A program made the position numbers and the translations under genes. A DNA stretch of 64,000 bases from the NCBI GenBank assembly GCA_037481615.1, contig JBBFLI010000020.1. One strand, given 5' to 3'. The DNA is from Desulfobacterales bacterium. Its GTDB lineage: Bacteria > Desulfobacterota > Desulfobacteria > Desulfobacterales > SpSt-501. Of the stretch, positions 56,765 to 64,000 are shown piece after piece. Position 1 is the first letter of the stretch. Each line of letters starts with the position of its first letter. Below the pieces are notes generated by a model. It was not told the DNA's origin, did no database searches, and worked only from the letters and a program-made list of their open reading frames with translations.

Positions 56765-59122
56765 TCAGCCGGAGTGCGCCGTGCGGCGGATGATCTCCTC
56801 CTGGATGTCGGGTTCGAGGTCCACGAAGAAGTCGCTGTAGCCCGCCACGCGCACGAGAAGATCGCGGTGTTCGCGGGGGTGCCGCTGGGCGCGCCGCAGG
56901 GTGGCGTCGTCCACGATGTTGAACTGCACGTGGTGCCCGTTCAGGCGGAAGTAGGTGCGGATGAGCGAGGCGAGTTTGGCGAGATCGCGCTCGCTTTTCA
57001 GGAAATCGGGCAGAAAACGCAGGTTGAGGAGCGTTCCGCCCGAGCGCGCCTGGTCGATCCGGGCGAGCGAACGCAAAACCGCGGTCGGCCCCGAGCGGTC
57101 GGCCCCCTGGGCGGGCGAGGCGCCGTCGGAGACCGGCTCGCCCGCGCGCCGGCCGTCGGCCGAGGCGGCGAGCATGCGGCCGAAATAGACATGGCAGGTG
57201 GTCGACAGGAGGTTCAGGTGCCAGCGTCCCCCGCGCGTGTTCGGCCGGCCGTCGATCGCTTGCAGCAGCGAGCGGTAAACGCGCTCGAGCAGCCGGTCGG
57301 CGCGCTCGTCGTCGTTGCCGTAGCGGGGGGTGCGGTTCTGCAGCGCAAGCCGCAGCGGCTCCTCGCCCGCGAAGTCCCGGGCGAGCGCCCCGACCAGGCG
57401 GGGGAGGGAGAGGGCCGCTTTTTCGTAGACGTGCGTGCGGACCGCGGAGAGGGCGTCGACCGTGGTCCCGATCCCGACACAGGCGATGAAGGAGGTGTTG
57501 TAGCGCGGGCCGCCGTCGGTGTAATCGCGCCCGCGGGCGATGCAGTCCCGGATCAGAACGGAGAGAAACGGCGCGGGGCACATCCGGGCGACGATGCGCT
57601 CGATGCGATGGCTGGCGCCGACCTTGAGCTCGACCGCCCAGCGGAGCTGGGCCTCGAAGGCGCCATAGAGCCGATCGAAGGAATCGAAGGTTTCCGCCCG
57701 TCCCGTGCGCGGGCCGATCGGCTTCCCGGTCCGGAGGTCGCAGCCGTCGTTCAGGGCGAGCTCGAGGAGCTTCGGCACGTTCAGGTATCCGGTCAGGATG
57801 TAGGCCTCCTTGCCGAAGGCCCCCGTTTCGATGCAGCCGCTCGTTCCCCCTTCGCGGGCGTCCTCGAGGGTCTTGCCCGCCCCGAGCAGTTCCTGGACGA
57901 CGAGATCGGCGTTGAAGACGGAGGGCCAGCCGTGCCCCTCGCGGATCACGCGGCAGGCGGCGAGGAGGTAACGCTCCGGCGTGATCCGGCTCAGGTGCAG
58001 GCTCGGCTGGGGCTGGAGCAGCCGGAGTTCGGAGGCCGCCTCGAGGATCAGCTCGGTCAGCTCGCAGGCCCCGCTTTCCCCCTCCGCGGTCAGGCCGCCC
58101 AGGTTGATCTGGGTGAAGTCGTTGTACGTGCCGCTCTCGCTGGCGGTGACGCCGACCTTGGGCGGCGCGGGGTGGTTGTTCACCTTGATCCAGAAGCAGG
58201 AGAGCAGCTCCTTCGCCTGCTCGCGCGTGAGCGTGCCCTCGCGGATCCCCCGCTCGTAGAACGGCTGCAGGTGCTGGTCGAGATGCCCCGGGCTCATGGC
58301 ATCCCAGCCGTTCAGCTCGGTGATCGCGGCGAGGTGGACGAACCAGTAGGCCTGGAGGGCTTCCCAGAAATCCCGCGGGGGTTGGGCCGGCACCCGGCGG
58401 CAGATCGCGGCGATGCGGAGCAGCTCCGCCCTCCGCGCGGGATCGGGGTGACGGGCCGCCTCCTCTTCGGCGCGGGCGGCGTGGCGTTCGGCGAAGGCGA
58501 TGACCGCCCCACAGGCGATGTCCATGGCGCGCAGCTGCTCGGCGCGGTCCCCGGCTTCGGGGTCGGTGAGATCGTCCAGGGCCGCAAGCCTCGCCGCGAT
58601 CTCGGCCTGCAGATCGAGCAGGCCGCGGCGGTAGATCAGCCCGTCGAGCGCCGTGTGGCCCGGCGCGCGCTGCTCCATGAACTCGGTGAAGACCCCGGCC
58701 TCGTAAGCCGCGCGCCACTCGGGCGAAACCTCCGCGAAGATGCGCTCGCGGACGGTGCGGCCCTCCCAGAACGGGATCACCTCGCTCTCGTAGCGGGCGA
58801 TGTCCCCGGGGGCGACCCGGTAGGCGGTCCGCGGCCGGGAGTCGAGCACCCGGAGGTCCTCCGGGCGGTGACAGGTCCACTCGGGAAAGGTGGGGACGGC
58901 CTTGGGCGCGGGGCCGCGCTCGCCGACGATCAGCTCGTCCTCGCCCAGGAAGATCGTTTTCCTCGCGAGCAGATCCCGAAAGATCAGCGCGCGCATGACG
59001 GGGGTCGCGTGCCGGCCGAGGTGGCGGCGGGCCGCGTCGGTGACCAGGAGCGCCCGCTCGATCGACAAGGTGACGGGGGCCTCGAGGCTCCGGGCGCGCA
59101 GACGTTCGATCCGGGGGGTCAT
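56765..59122 (-). CDS. Glycyl radical enzyme, PFL2/glycerol-dehydratase-like (eliminase/lyase branch). Substrate unknown.
   Basis: 785 aa. C-terminal glycyl-radical motif LLVRVAGYSDFF and a thiyl loop GGTSGCIETG (Cys-x-Glu, not the PFL Cys-Cys). Other conserved blocks: GVFTEFMEQRAPGHT and YWFVHLAAITELNGWDA. Confidence 0.93.
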   Translation of the reverse strand: MTPRIERLRARSLEAPVTLSIERALLVTDAARRHLGRHATPVMRALIFRDLLARKTIFLGEDELIVGERGPAPKAVPTFPEWTCHRPEDLRVLDSRPRTAYRVAPGDIARYESEVIPFWEGRTVRERIFAEVSPEWRAAYEAGVFTEFMEQRAPGHTALDGLIYRRGLLDLQAEIAARLAALDDLTDPEAGDRAEQLRAMDIACGAVIAFAERHAARAEEEAARHPDPARRAELLRIAAICRRVPAQPPRDFWEALQAYWFVHLAAITELNGWDAMSPGHLDQHLQPFYERGIREGTLTREQAKELLSCFWIKVNNHPAPPKVGVTASESGTYNDFTQINLGGLTAEGESGACELTELILEAASELRLLQPQPSLHLSRITPERYLLAACRVIREGHGWPSVFNADLVVQELLGAGKTLEDAREGGTSGCIETGAFGKEAYILTGYLNVPKLLELALNDGCDLRTGKPIGPRTGRAETFDSFDRLYGAFEAQLRWAVELKVGASHRIERIVARMCPAPFLSVLIRDCIARGRDYTDGGPRYNTSFIACVGIGTTVDALSAVRTHVYEKAALSLPRLVGALARDFAGEEPLRLALQNRTPRYGNDDERADRLLERVYRSLLQAIDGRPNTRGGRWHLNLLSTTCHVYFGRMLAASADGRRAGEPVSDGASPAQGADRSGPTAVLRSLARIDQARSGGTLLNLRFLPDFLKSERDLAKLASLIRTYFRLNGHHVQFNIVDDATLRRAQRHPREHRDLLVRVAGYSDFFVDLEPDIQEEIIRRTAHSG

Positions 59123-59127
59123 GACGG

Positions 59128-60144
59128 CTATCCTCCGATCCGTACTTCGAGGCCGAAGGTGGAAAGCATCCGGGCGGCGGCGGCGAGGGCTTCGGGGGAG
59201 GGGGGCTCGGTGCCCGGAAGCGGGGTGGGGAGCCCCAGCCGCCGGTACTTGCCGGATGCCGCGCGGTGGTAGGGAAGGAGATCGACGGGCGGCCGCCGGG
59301 AAAGCCGGGCGATGAAGGACCCGGCGGCCGCCAGGTCTTCCGGGGCGTCGTTCACGCCGGGGATGAGGGGAATGCGGACGACCAGCCCGACGCCCCGATC
59401 GGCGAGCCAGGCGAGATTTTCCAGGATGCGGGCGTTGTCGACGCCGGTGGCGCTCCGGTGCCTGGCGGGGTCGACCAGTTTGAGGTCGAAGAGAAAGAGT
59501 TCCGCCATCCCGGCCGCCGCGGCAAGGAGCACCGGTTCGGCGCAGCCGGAGGTGTCGACGGCGCGGTGGATCCCCCGTTCGCCGCAGGCCTCGAGCGCGG
59601 CGAGGAGGAAGTCGGGCTGGGCGAAGGGTTCGCCCCCGGAAAAGGTGACCCCGCCGCCGCTTTCCTCGAAAAAGGGCCGATCCCGCTCCAGGGTCCCGAG
59701 CAGTTCTTCGATCGTCAGCCGCCGCTCGAGTCGCTCGAGGGCCTCGGCCGGGCAGGCCGCGGCGCAGCGGCCGCAGCGGCGGCAGCGCGACGGGTCAAGG
59801 CGGATCCCGCTTTCATCGCGGCGGCAGGCGCCGGTCGGGCAGGCGGCGACACAGGTGCCGCAGCCGACGCATCGACCGGCATCCCAGAGGATCGCCGGGA
59901 GATCCGCACGGTGCTCGGGGTTGTGGCACCAGCGGCAGGAGAGGGGGCAGCCTTTCAGAAAGACCGTGGTGCGGATTCCCGGTCCGTCGTGGGTCGCACA
60001 GCGCATGATGTTGAAAACAACGCCCCCGGTGGGGGCGGCGAAATCCCCGGCCGATCCCCGAAAGAGGGCGGAATCGGAAAGGCCCGAGGCGGACCCGGTT
60101 CCCCCCTCCCGGAACGGCTTGAGTGTTTTCAGCATCTGAACCAT
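59128..60144 (-). CDS. Glycyl-radical enzyme activating enzyme (radical SAM) with two auxiliary ferredoxin-type clusters
   Basis: HDGPGIRTTVFLKGCPLSCRWCHNPE (CX3CX2C), CVGCGTCVAACP, CRRCGRCAAACP and GGVTFSGGEP. The start is ATG 60144 or 60135, and the longer upstream extension is rejected. Confidence 0.9.
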   Translation of the reverse strand: MVQMLKTLKPFREGGTGSASGLSDSALFRGSAGDFAAPTGGVVFNIMRCATHDGPGIRTTVFLKGCPLSCRWCHNPEHRADLPAILWDAGRCVGCGTCVAACPTGACRRDESGIRLDPSRCRRCGRCAAACPAEALERLERRLTIEELLGTLERDRPFFEESGGGVTFSGGEPFAQPDFLLAALEACGERGIHRAVDTSGCAEPVLLAAAAGMAELFLFDLKLVDPARHRSATGVDNARILENLAWLADRGVGLVVRIPLIPGVNDAPEDLAAAGSFIARLSRRPPVDLLPYHRAASGKYRRLGLPTPLPGTEPPSPEALAAAARMLSTFGLEVRIGG

Positions 60145-60188
60145 CACGCTGCAGGGAATGCACTCATGAGGGATGGTTTTTGCCAAAC

Positions 60189-60201
60189 TGGTCTGAAGAC
60201 C
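60189..60201. promoter_or_regulatory. FadR/GntR-type operator candidate 1 (TGGTCTGAAGACC)
   Basis: In context it reads AACTGGTCTGAAGACCTG, which resembles the E. coli FadR box (ANCTGGTCNGAC...). It lies 45-57 nt upstream of the activase start. Confidence 0.4.
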
Positions 60202-60369
60202 TGAAGAGCAATACCCGCATGATCGGCAAGTTGTCAAGGAATTCTTCCATTTCCCACCCTTCTGGGGCAGAGAGTCCAAGGATGCAAGGGATCGATCTTT
60301 TTCGCTTCGATCGTTTTGCGATCGCCAATCTTGACCTGCCGTGCAAAAGCTGCTTAGGATACGGCGAAT

Positions 60370-60383
60370 TGGTCTGAACACCA
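60370..60383. promoter_or_regulatory. FadR/GntR-type operator candidate 2 (TGGTCTGAACACCA)
   Basis: It shares TGGTCTGAA-n-ACC with candidate 1, and TGGT-N6-ACCA is dyad-symmetric. It lies 72-85 nt upstream of the regulator start. Confidence 0.4.
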
Positions 60384-60454
60384 GATGTCTTTACCCTTTC
60401 CCCGAAGGCCGACGAAATCGGCTCCCGAGGACCAGGGGGAGAGCCGGAAATTCC

Positions 60455-61156
60455 GTGCATTTCGAGGCCATTCAGCGCAGCAGCGCGCCCGACAAGGTGG
60501 TCGAGCAGCTCCTTTCGCGGATCAAGTCCGGCGAGCTCGCCCCCGGCACGCAGCTTCCGCCGCAGCGTGAACTGGCCAGGCAGTTCGGGGTCGGCCGCTC
60601 CTCGGTGCGGGAGGCGCTGAATGCGCTTGCGGTCATGGGGTTTCTCGAGGTCTTCCAGGGGAAGGGGACCTTCGTCGCGCGGGAAATTCCGGGGTCGGAC
60701 CCCCCGGCCGCCGCCGTGCGCGCGGCCTTCCAGGCGGAGAGCCTGCTCGACCTGCTCGAACTGCGCGAGACGCTGGAATGCCGGGCGGCCGAACTCGCCG
60801 CCGAGCGCATCGAAGCCGGCCAGCTCGCCCTGCTGCGGCGCTGCCTCCAGGCGATCGAACGCGCGGGCGACGACTACGCCGCCTTTCTCGCCGCGGATCT
60901 CGAGTTCCACCGCCGGCTCTGCGAGGCCTCGGGCAACCGGGCCTTCGTCGAGATCCTGACCCCCCTTCTCTCCCGCGTGGCCGAGCAGCACGGCCGGCTC
61001 AAGACCGGACGGCTCTCGGAAGATTACCGTGAACACTCCCTGCGCACCCTGAAGCAGCTGACGGCTTGCCTCGAGCGGGAGGACGGCCGCGGCGCCCGGG
61101 AGTGGATGCGCGACCACCTGAACGCCATCCGCGGCGAGCTGAAAGAACTTCTCTGA
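60455..61156 (+). CDS. GntR-family transcriptional regulator, FadR subfamily (FCD C-terminal domain)
   Basis: LPPQRELARQFGVGRSSVREALNALAVMGFLEVFQGKGTFV is the winged HTH, followed by an all-helical FCD-like domain (LLELRETLECRAAELAA...DLEFHRRLCEASGN). GTG 60455 is preferred over ATG 60341. Confidence 0.85.
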   Translation: MHFEAIQRSSAPDKVVEQLLSRIKSGELAPGTQLPPQRELARQFGVGRSSVREALNALAVMGFLEVFQGKGTFVAREIPGSDPPAAAVRAAFQAESLLDLLELRETLECRAAELAAERIEAGQLALLRRCLQAIERAGDDYAAFLAADLEFHRRLCEASGNRAFVEILTPLLSRVAEQHGRLKTGRLSEDYREHSLRTLKQLTACLEREDGRGAREWMRDHLNAIRGELKELL

Positions 61157-61288
61157 TCGGGCCGCGCCCCTCCCCTGATGTCCCCGGGGCCGGCTTCGCC
61201 CTCCCCGGGCCGGTCCTGTCCGCCTCTCCTGGAATTGTATTTTTGGATACAATATGAAGGCTCCGGTCAACCGGCTCTTGTATGCCGG

Positions 61289-63055
61289 TCAGCCCCTGTT
61301 CACCCGGTGATGCGTCGATTCGCAGAAGCGGCGGCGTGTCCCGAGAGCGACGGCGGTGAAAAAGACCCCGAGCGGCAAGGCCGCCTGGGCGAGGGCGTAA
61401 ATTCCGGTCACGCGCGGGTCGTTGCCGCTCGAGAGGGTCACGGCCTCGACGGTCAGGGTGGTCAGTCGGCCGGCGCCGGCGAAAAGGGTCGAGAGGTACT
61501 GGTTGGCCGAGACGGCGAAGCCCACGGCGAAGGAGAAGAGGACCGCGCGCCGCAGCAGCGGGAGCTCCACCCGGAGAAAGGAACGTCGCGGCGAGCCGGT
61601 GAGGCTGAGGGCGACGGTGCGGTAGCGCCGGTCGAAAGCGCGCCAGGGGTCGGCGAGCGAAAGGAAAATGTAGGGGAAGGCGAAGAGGAGGTGGCTGCCG
61701 ATGAGCGCCGTCCACGTCCCGTCGATGCCGAGCCGCACGAGAAGGATCTGCAGCCCGGAGAGAAAGGCGATCTGCGGCACGAGAAGCGGGGTGTAGAGCA
61801 GCCAGAGGGTGCGGGCCGCGGGGCTGCGGCCGTTGACGCGCTCGTTCTGCAGACACCCCAGGGCGAGGAGTAGCCCGATGCCGGCAGCCAGGAAACCCGC
61901 CGCGAAGGTGGTCCACGCGGGCCGCAGGAGTTCCGGGGCGTGTCGCGACCAGTGGGCGAGCGTCCAGTCCACGGGCAGCGGCTGGGGAAAAAACCAGGAG
62001 CGCGCAAAGGACCAGAGCGCAAGCGCCAGTGCTCCGCCGAGCGAGAGGGCGGCCGGCAGCAGGGCGGCGGCCCCGAAGAAAAACCCGGCCCGGGGTCTCC
62101 GAGGGAGCGGGGCGCCGCCGGCGCGGACGAGACGGCGGAGCGCCCATCGGACGCCGTGCTCGGCGATGCGCCACAGGCCGATCGCGGCCGCCGTCAGGGC
62201 GAGCTGGAGAAGCGCCCCGGCCGCGGCCGGGAAGACGAGCCCGAGGTCGCGGTCGGTGAAGAGCCGGTAGAGCAGCACGCTCAGGGGCGGCGGGTCCGTC
62301 GGCGCGAGGATGACGGCCACGTCGACGACGGAGAGCGAAAAAGCCAGTACGGCGTAGACCGGAAGCCGGATCCGCGCGTAGAGCTGGGGCAGCAGGATGT
62401 GCAGCCAGGCTGCGCCGGGGCTGTGCCCCAGGGCGCGGCAGGCGGCGATCTGCTCGCGGACGCGGATCGGCTCGAGCGCCGCAAACGTCATGAAGAGGAG
62501 ATAGGGGATCTCCTTGAGCAGAAGGCCCACGATGAGCGAGAGCCCGAAAGGGTCGTGCACCAGGGCGAGATCCGGCGGCCGCTGCCAGCCGGTCAGTCCG
62601 GGCGAGAGCAGCCGGCTCAGCCAGCCGGAGGGTGCGATGAGAAAGGAGAGGCCGATCGCGGCGGCGGCGTGCGGCAGGGAAAGAAGCGGGGCGATCAGGC
62701 GGCGGAGCAAGGCAAAGAGCCGGGTCTCGTAGAGCGTGCCGCAGAGCCCCAGGACGATCCCCAGGGAGAGCAGGGCGGCGAGAAACCCCGTCCTCAGGGT
62801 GAGCCCGATCGACGAGGAAAGCCCCGGGAGGGAGAAAAACTCGCGGAACGGGGCGAGGCTCAGGGCCGTCCCGCCGAGGGCGGGCAGAAAGCCGAACGCG
62901 GCAAGCCCCGTCGCCGCCAGGCCGGCCGCGACCGGGACGAGAAAGAGAAGGAGCGCGGTCGCCGGGAAGAGCCGCAAAAACCCCGAGCCTGCCTCGCGCC
63001 CGGACTTCAGCGGGAGTAGCGGCGTTCCCATTCGGCCACGATCCGGTTCATCCAC
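61289..63055 (-). CDS. ABC transporter permease with two fused membrane domains (YnjC/ThiP-like)
   Basis: About 12 TM segments and two binding-protein-dependent transport modules. The start is uncertain (63055 or 63031) and overlaps the upstream SBP gene. Confidence 0.8.
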   Translation of the reverse strand: MDEPDRGRMGTPLLPLKSGREAGSGFLRLFPATALLLFLVPVAAGLAATGLAAFGFLPALGGTALSLAPFREFFSLPGLSSSIGLTLRTGFLAALLSLGIVLGLCGTLYETRLFALLRRLIAPLLSLPHAAAAIGLSFLIAPSGWLSRLLSPGLTGWQRPPDLALVHDPFGLSLIVGLLLKEIPYLLFMTFAALEPIRVREQIAACRALGHSPGAAWLHILLPQLYARIRLPVYAVLAFSLSVVDVAVILAPTDPPPLSVLLYRLFTDRDLGLVFPAAAGALLQLALTAAAIGLWRIAEHGVRWALRRLVRAGGAPLPRRPRAGFFFGAAALLPAALSLGGALALALWSFARSWFFPQPLPVDWTLAHWSRHAPELLRPAWTTFAAGFLAAGIGLLLALGCLQNERVNGRSPAARTLWLLYTPLLVPQIAFLSGLQILLVRLGIDGTWTALIGSHLLFAFPYIFLSLADPWRAFDRRYRTVALSLTGSPRRSFLRVELPLLRRAVLFSFAVGFAVSANQYLSTLFAGAGRLTTLTVEAVTLSSGNDPRVTGIYALAQAALPLGVFFTAVALGTRRRFCESTHHRVNRG

Positions 63056-64000
63056 GAGGGGTGGGGTTCGGGCAGGGCCCGGCCCAGCGCTTCCGGGGAG
63101 AGGGTGGCCACCCCCTGCGGCAGGGTCTCGAAACGCCGACGGTCCTCGGGGGAGAGCCGCCGGAGATCGAGCACCGTGGGGTTGCCCATGCCCTCGGGGT
63201 GCATCGCGCGGGCCTGGGACTCGGGGGTGAGCAGAAAGTCGGCCACGACCAGGGCGCCTTCCTTGTGCGCCGCGTTGTAAGGGATGGCGACGAAGCTCGT
63301 GTTGCCGATCGTCCCCCGCTCGAGCACGAAGGTGCGCACGCTCGGCGGGAGGACCCCGCGCGCGATGCCGGCGGTCGCCTCATTGGGGTTGAAGGAGATC
63401 ATGATGTCGATCTCGCCGTCGGCGAGGAGCGCGCGCATGGCCGGGCCGGATTCGGGGAACTGCTCGCCCCGCCGCCACAGGCGGGGCTTGAGTTCCTCGT
63501 ACCAGCGCCACAGCGGGGCCGAGAGGAGGGCGAAGTCCTCCGCGCCGACGGGTGCGGTCAGGCGGCCCGGATCGGCGATCAGCTCGTAGAGCGCCTGCTT
63601 GAGGAAGGTCGAACCGAGAAAGTTGCGGATCCGCGGGTGGGTGATGCGCCCGGGGTTGGCCTTGGCCCAGGCGAGGATCGCCGGGATCGAGCGCGGCGGC
63701 CGGGGCAGGCGCGCGGCGTCGTACACATAGACGATCCGGGCCATGCGCCAGGGGGATTCGTAGCCCTCGGTCGGCACGGTGAAGTCGACGACCGTCGAAG
63801 GCTTGCCCGTCGTGTCCACGAGGGCGAAGTGCGGCAGGCGGTGCGTGAAGGGCCCGAAGAGGAGACCCTGCTCCTTCATGGCGAGGAAATTCTCGCCGTT
63901 GATCCAGATGAGGTCGATCGAGCCCCCTTCGTGCCGGCCGGCCGCCTTTTCGGCGACCACGCGCGAGACGGCTTCCGCGGTGAGGGTGAGCTTGACGTGG
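63007..64000 (-). CDS. ABC transporter periplasmic substrate-binding protein (YnjB-like), 5' end outside the window
   Basis: ...GGSIDLIWINGENFLAMKEQGLLFGPF...ESPWRMARIVYVYD...ILAWAKANPGRITHP...IDIMISFNPNEA...TSFVAIPYNAAHKEGALVVADFLL. The frame stays open to position 64000. Confidence 0.8.
   Translation of the reverse strand, partial: HVKLTLTAEAVSRVVAEKAAGRHEGGSIDLIWINGENFLAMKEQGLLFGPFTHRLPHFALVDTTGKPSTVVDFTVPTEGYESPWRMARIVYVYDAARLPRPPRSIPAILAWAKANPGRITHPRIRNFLGSTFLKQALYELIADPGRLTAPVGAEDFALLSAPLWRWYEELKPRLWRRGEQFPESGPAMRALLADGEIDIMISFNPNEATAGIARGVLPPSVRTFVLERGTIGNTSFVAIPYNAAHKEGALVVADFLLTPESQARAMHPEGMGNPTVLDLRRLSPEDRRRFETLPQGVATLSPEALGRALPEPHPSWMNRIVAEWERRYSR

Noticed and set aside
56765-59122. 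Naming the GRE outright as trans-4-hydroxy-L-proline dehydratase (HypD) or glycerol dehydratase
   Set aside because: The length and several blocks resemble what I recall of this clade. I cannot verify substrate-pocket residues without an alignment, and the expected partner genes (for example P5C reductase) are absent. It is left as substrate unknown.

Overview
Annotation is from reading the sequence and ORF translations only. Product names rest on motifs I recognise, not on database searches. The window is visibly GC-rich (roughly two-thirds G+C by eye, not computed) and looks like chromosome from a Gram-negative-type, probably anaerobic bacterium (MlaA, lipoproteins, TRAP transporters, glycyl-radical and radical-SAM enzymes). 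Layout: (1) 1-1650 holds one end of an IS5-family insertion sequence, a low-GC junction and the decayed 3' remnant of a DUF499-type (defence-island) ATPase gene. (2) 2.1-11.7 kb holds two paralogous TRAP-transporter modules, each with a cupin protein. The first also has an XRE-cupin regulator and an enolase-superfamily enzyme, and endonuclease IV (nfo) lies between the modules. (3) 11.7-19.4 kb is an accessory-looking patch: two orphan secreted proteins, rmuC, a nitroreductase, a decayed GH13_18-type sugar phosphorylase and a CYTH protein. It is punctuated by a local family of AGGGGACGTCCATT palindromic repeats that donate TAG stop codons. (4) 19.9-37.5 kb is mixed: thioesterase, NlpC/P60, yhbY, a LysM lytic transglycosylase, an operon of CoA-binding protein, Cys-rich mini-protein, radical SAM and GDT1, then polA, an SF2 helicase operon, orphan membrane proteins, and TPP-dependent E1 alpha/beta with a tandem class II aldolase. 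(5) 37.5-44.1 kb is a classic block: tRNA-Pro, tRNA-Leu, tig, clpP, clpX, lon, tRNA-Val, tRNA-Asp. (6) 44.1-53.2 kb holds mlaA, a nicotinate phosphoribosyltransferase, a DUF2179-type protein, an MCP and trkHA. (7) 53.3-64 kb holds dedA and a glycyl-radical-enzyme operon (activase, GRE, Fe-S serine-dehydratase-type enzyme, cytoplasmic sulfite-oxidase-fold Mo enzyme) under a divergent FadR-type GntR regulator, plus a YnjB/YnjC-like ABC importer with no adjacent ATPase. The best candidates for something new are the repeat family and its stop-codon behaviour, the GRE locus with its atypical partner set, and the Cys-rich mini-protein translationally coupled to an Elp3-like (Cx4Cx2C) radical SAM enzyme. 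Several disrupted genes (dctQ, nitroreductase leader, sugar phosphorylase, DUF499 remnant) sit next to long intact housekeeping genes, which argues for real decay rather than poor assembly. No CRISPR array, rRNA or prophage block was seen.
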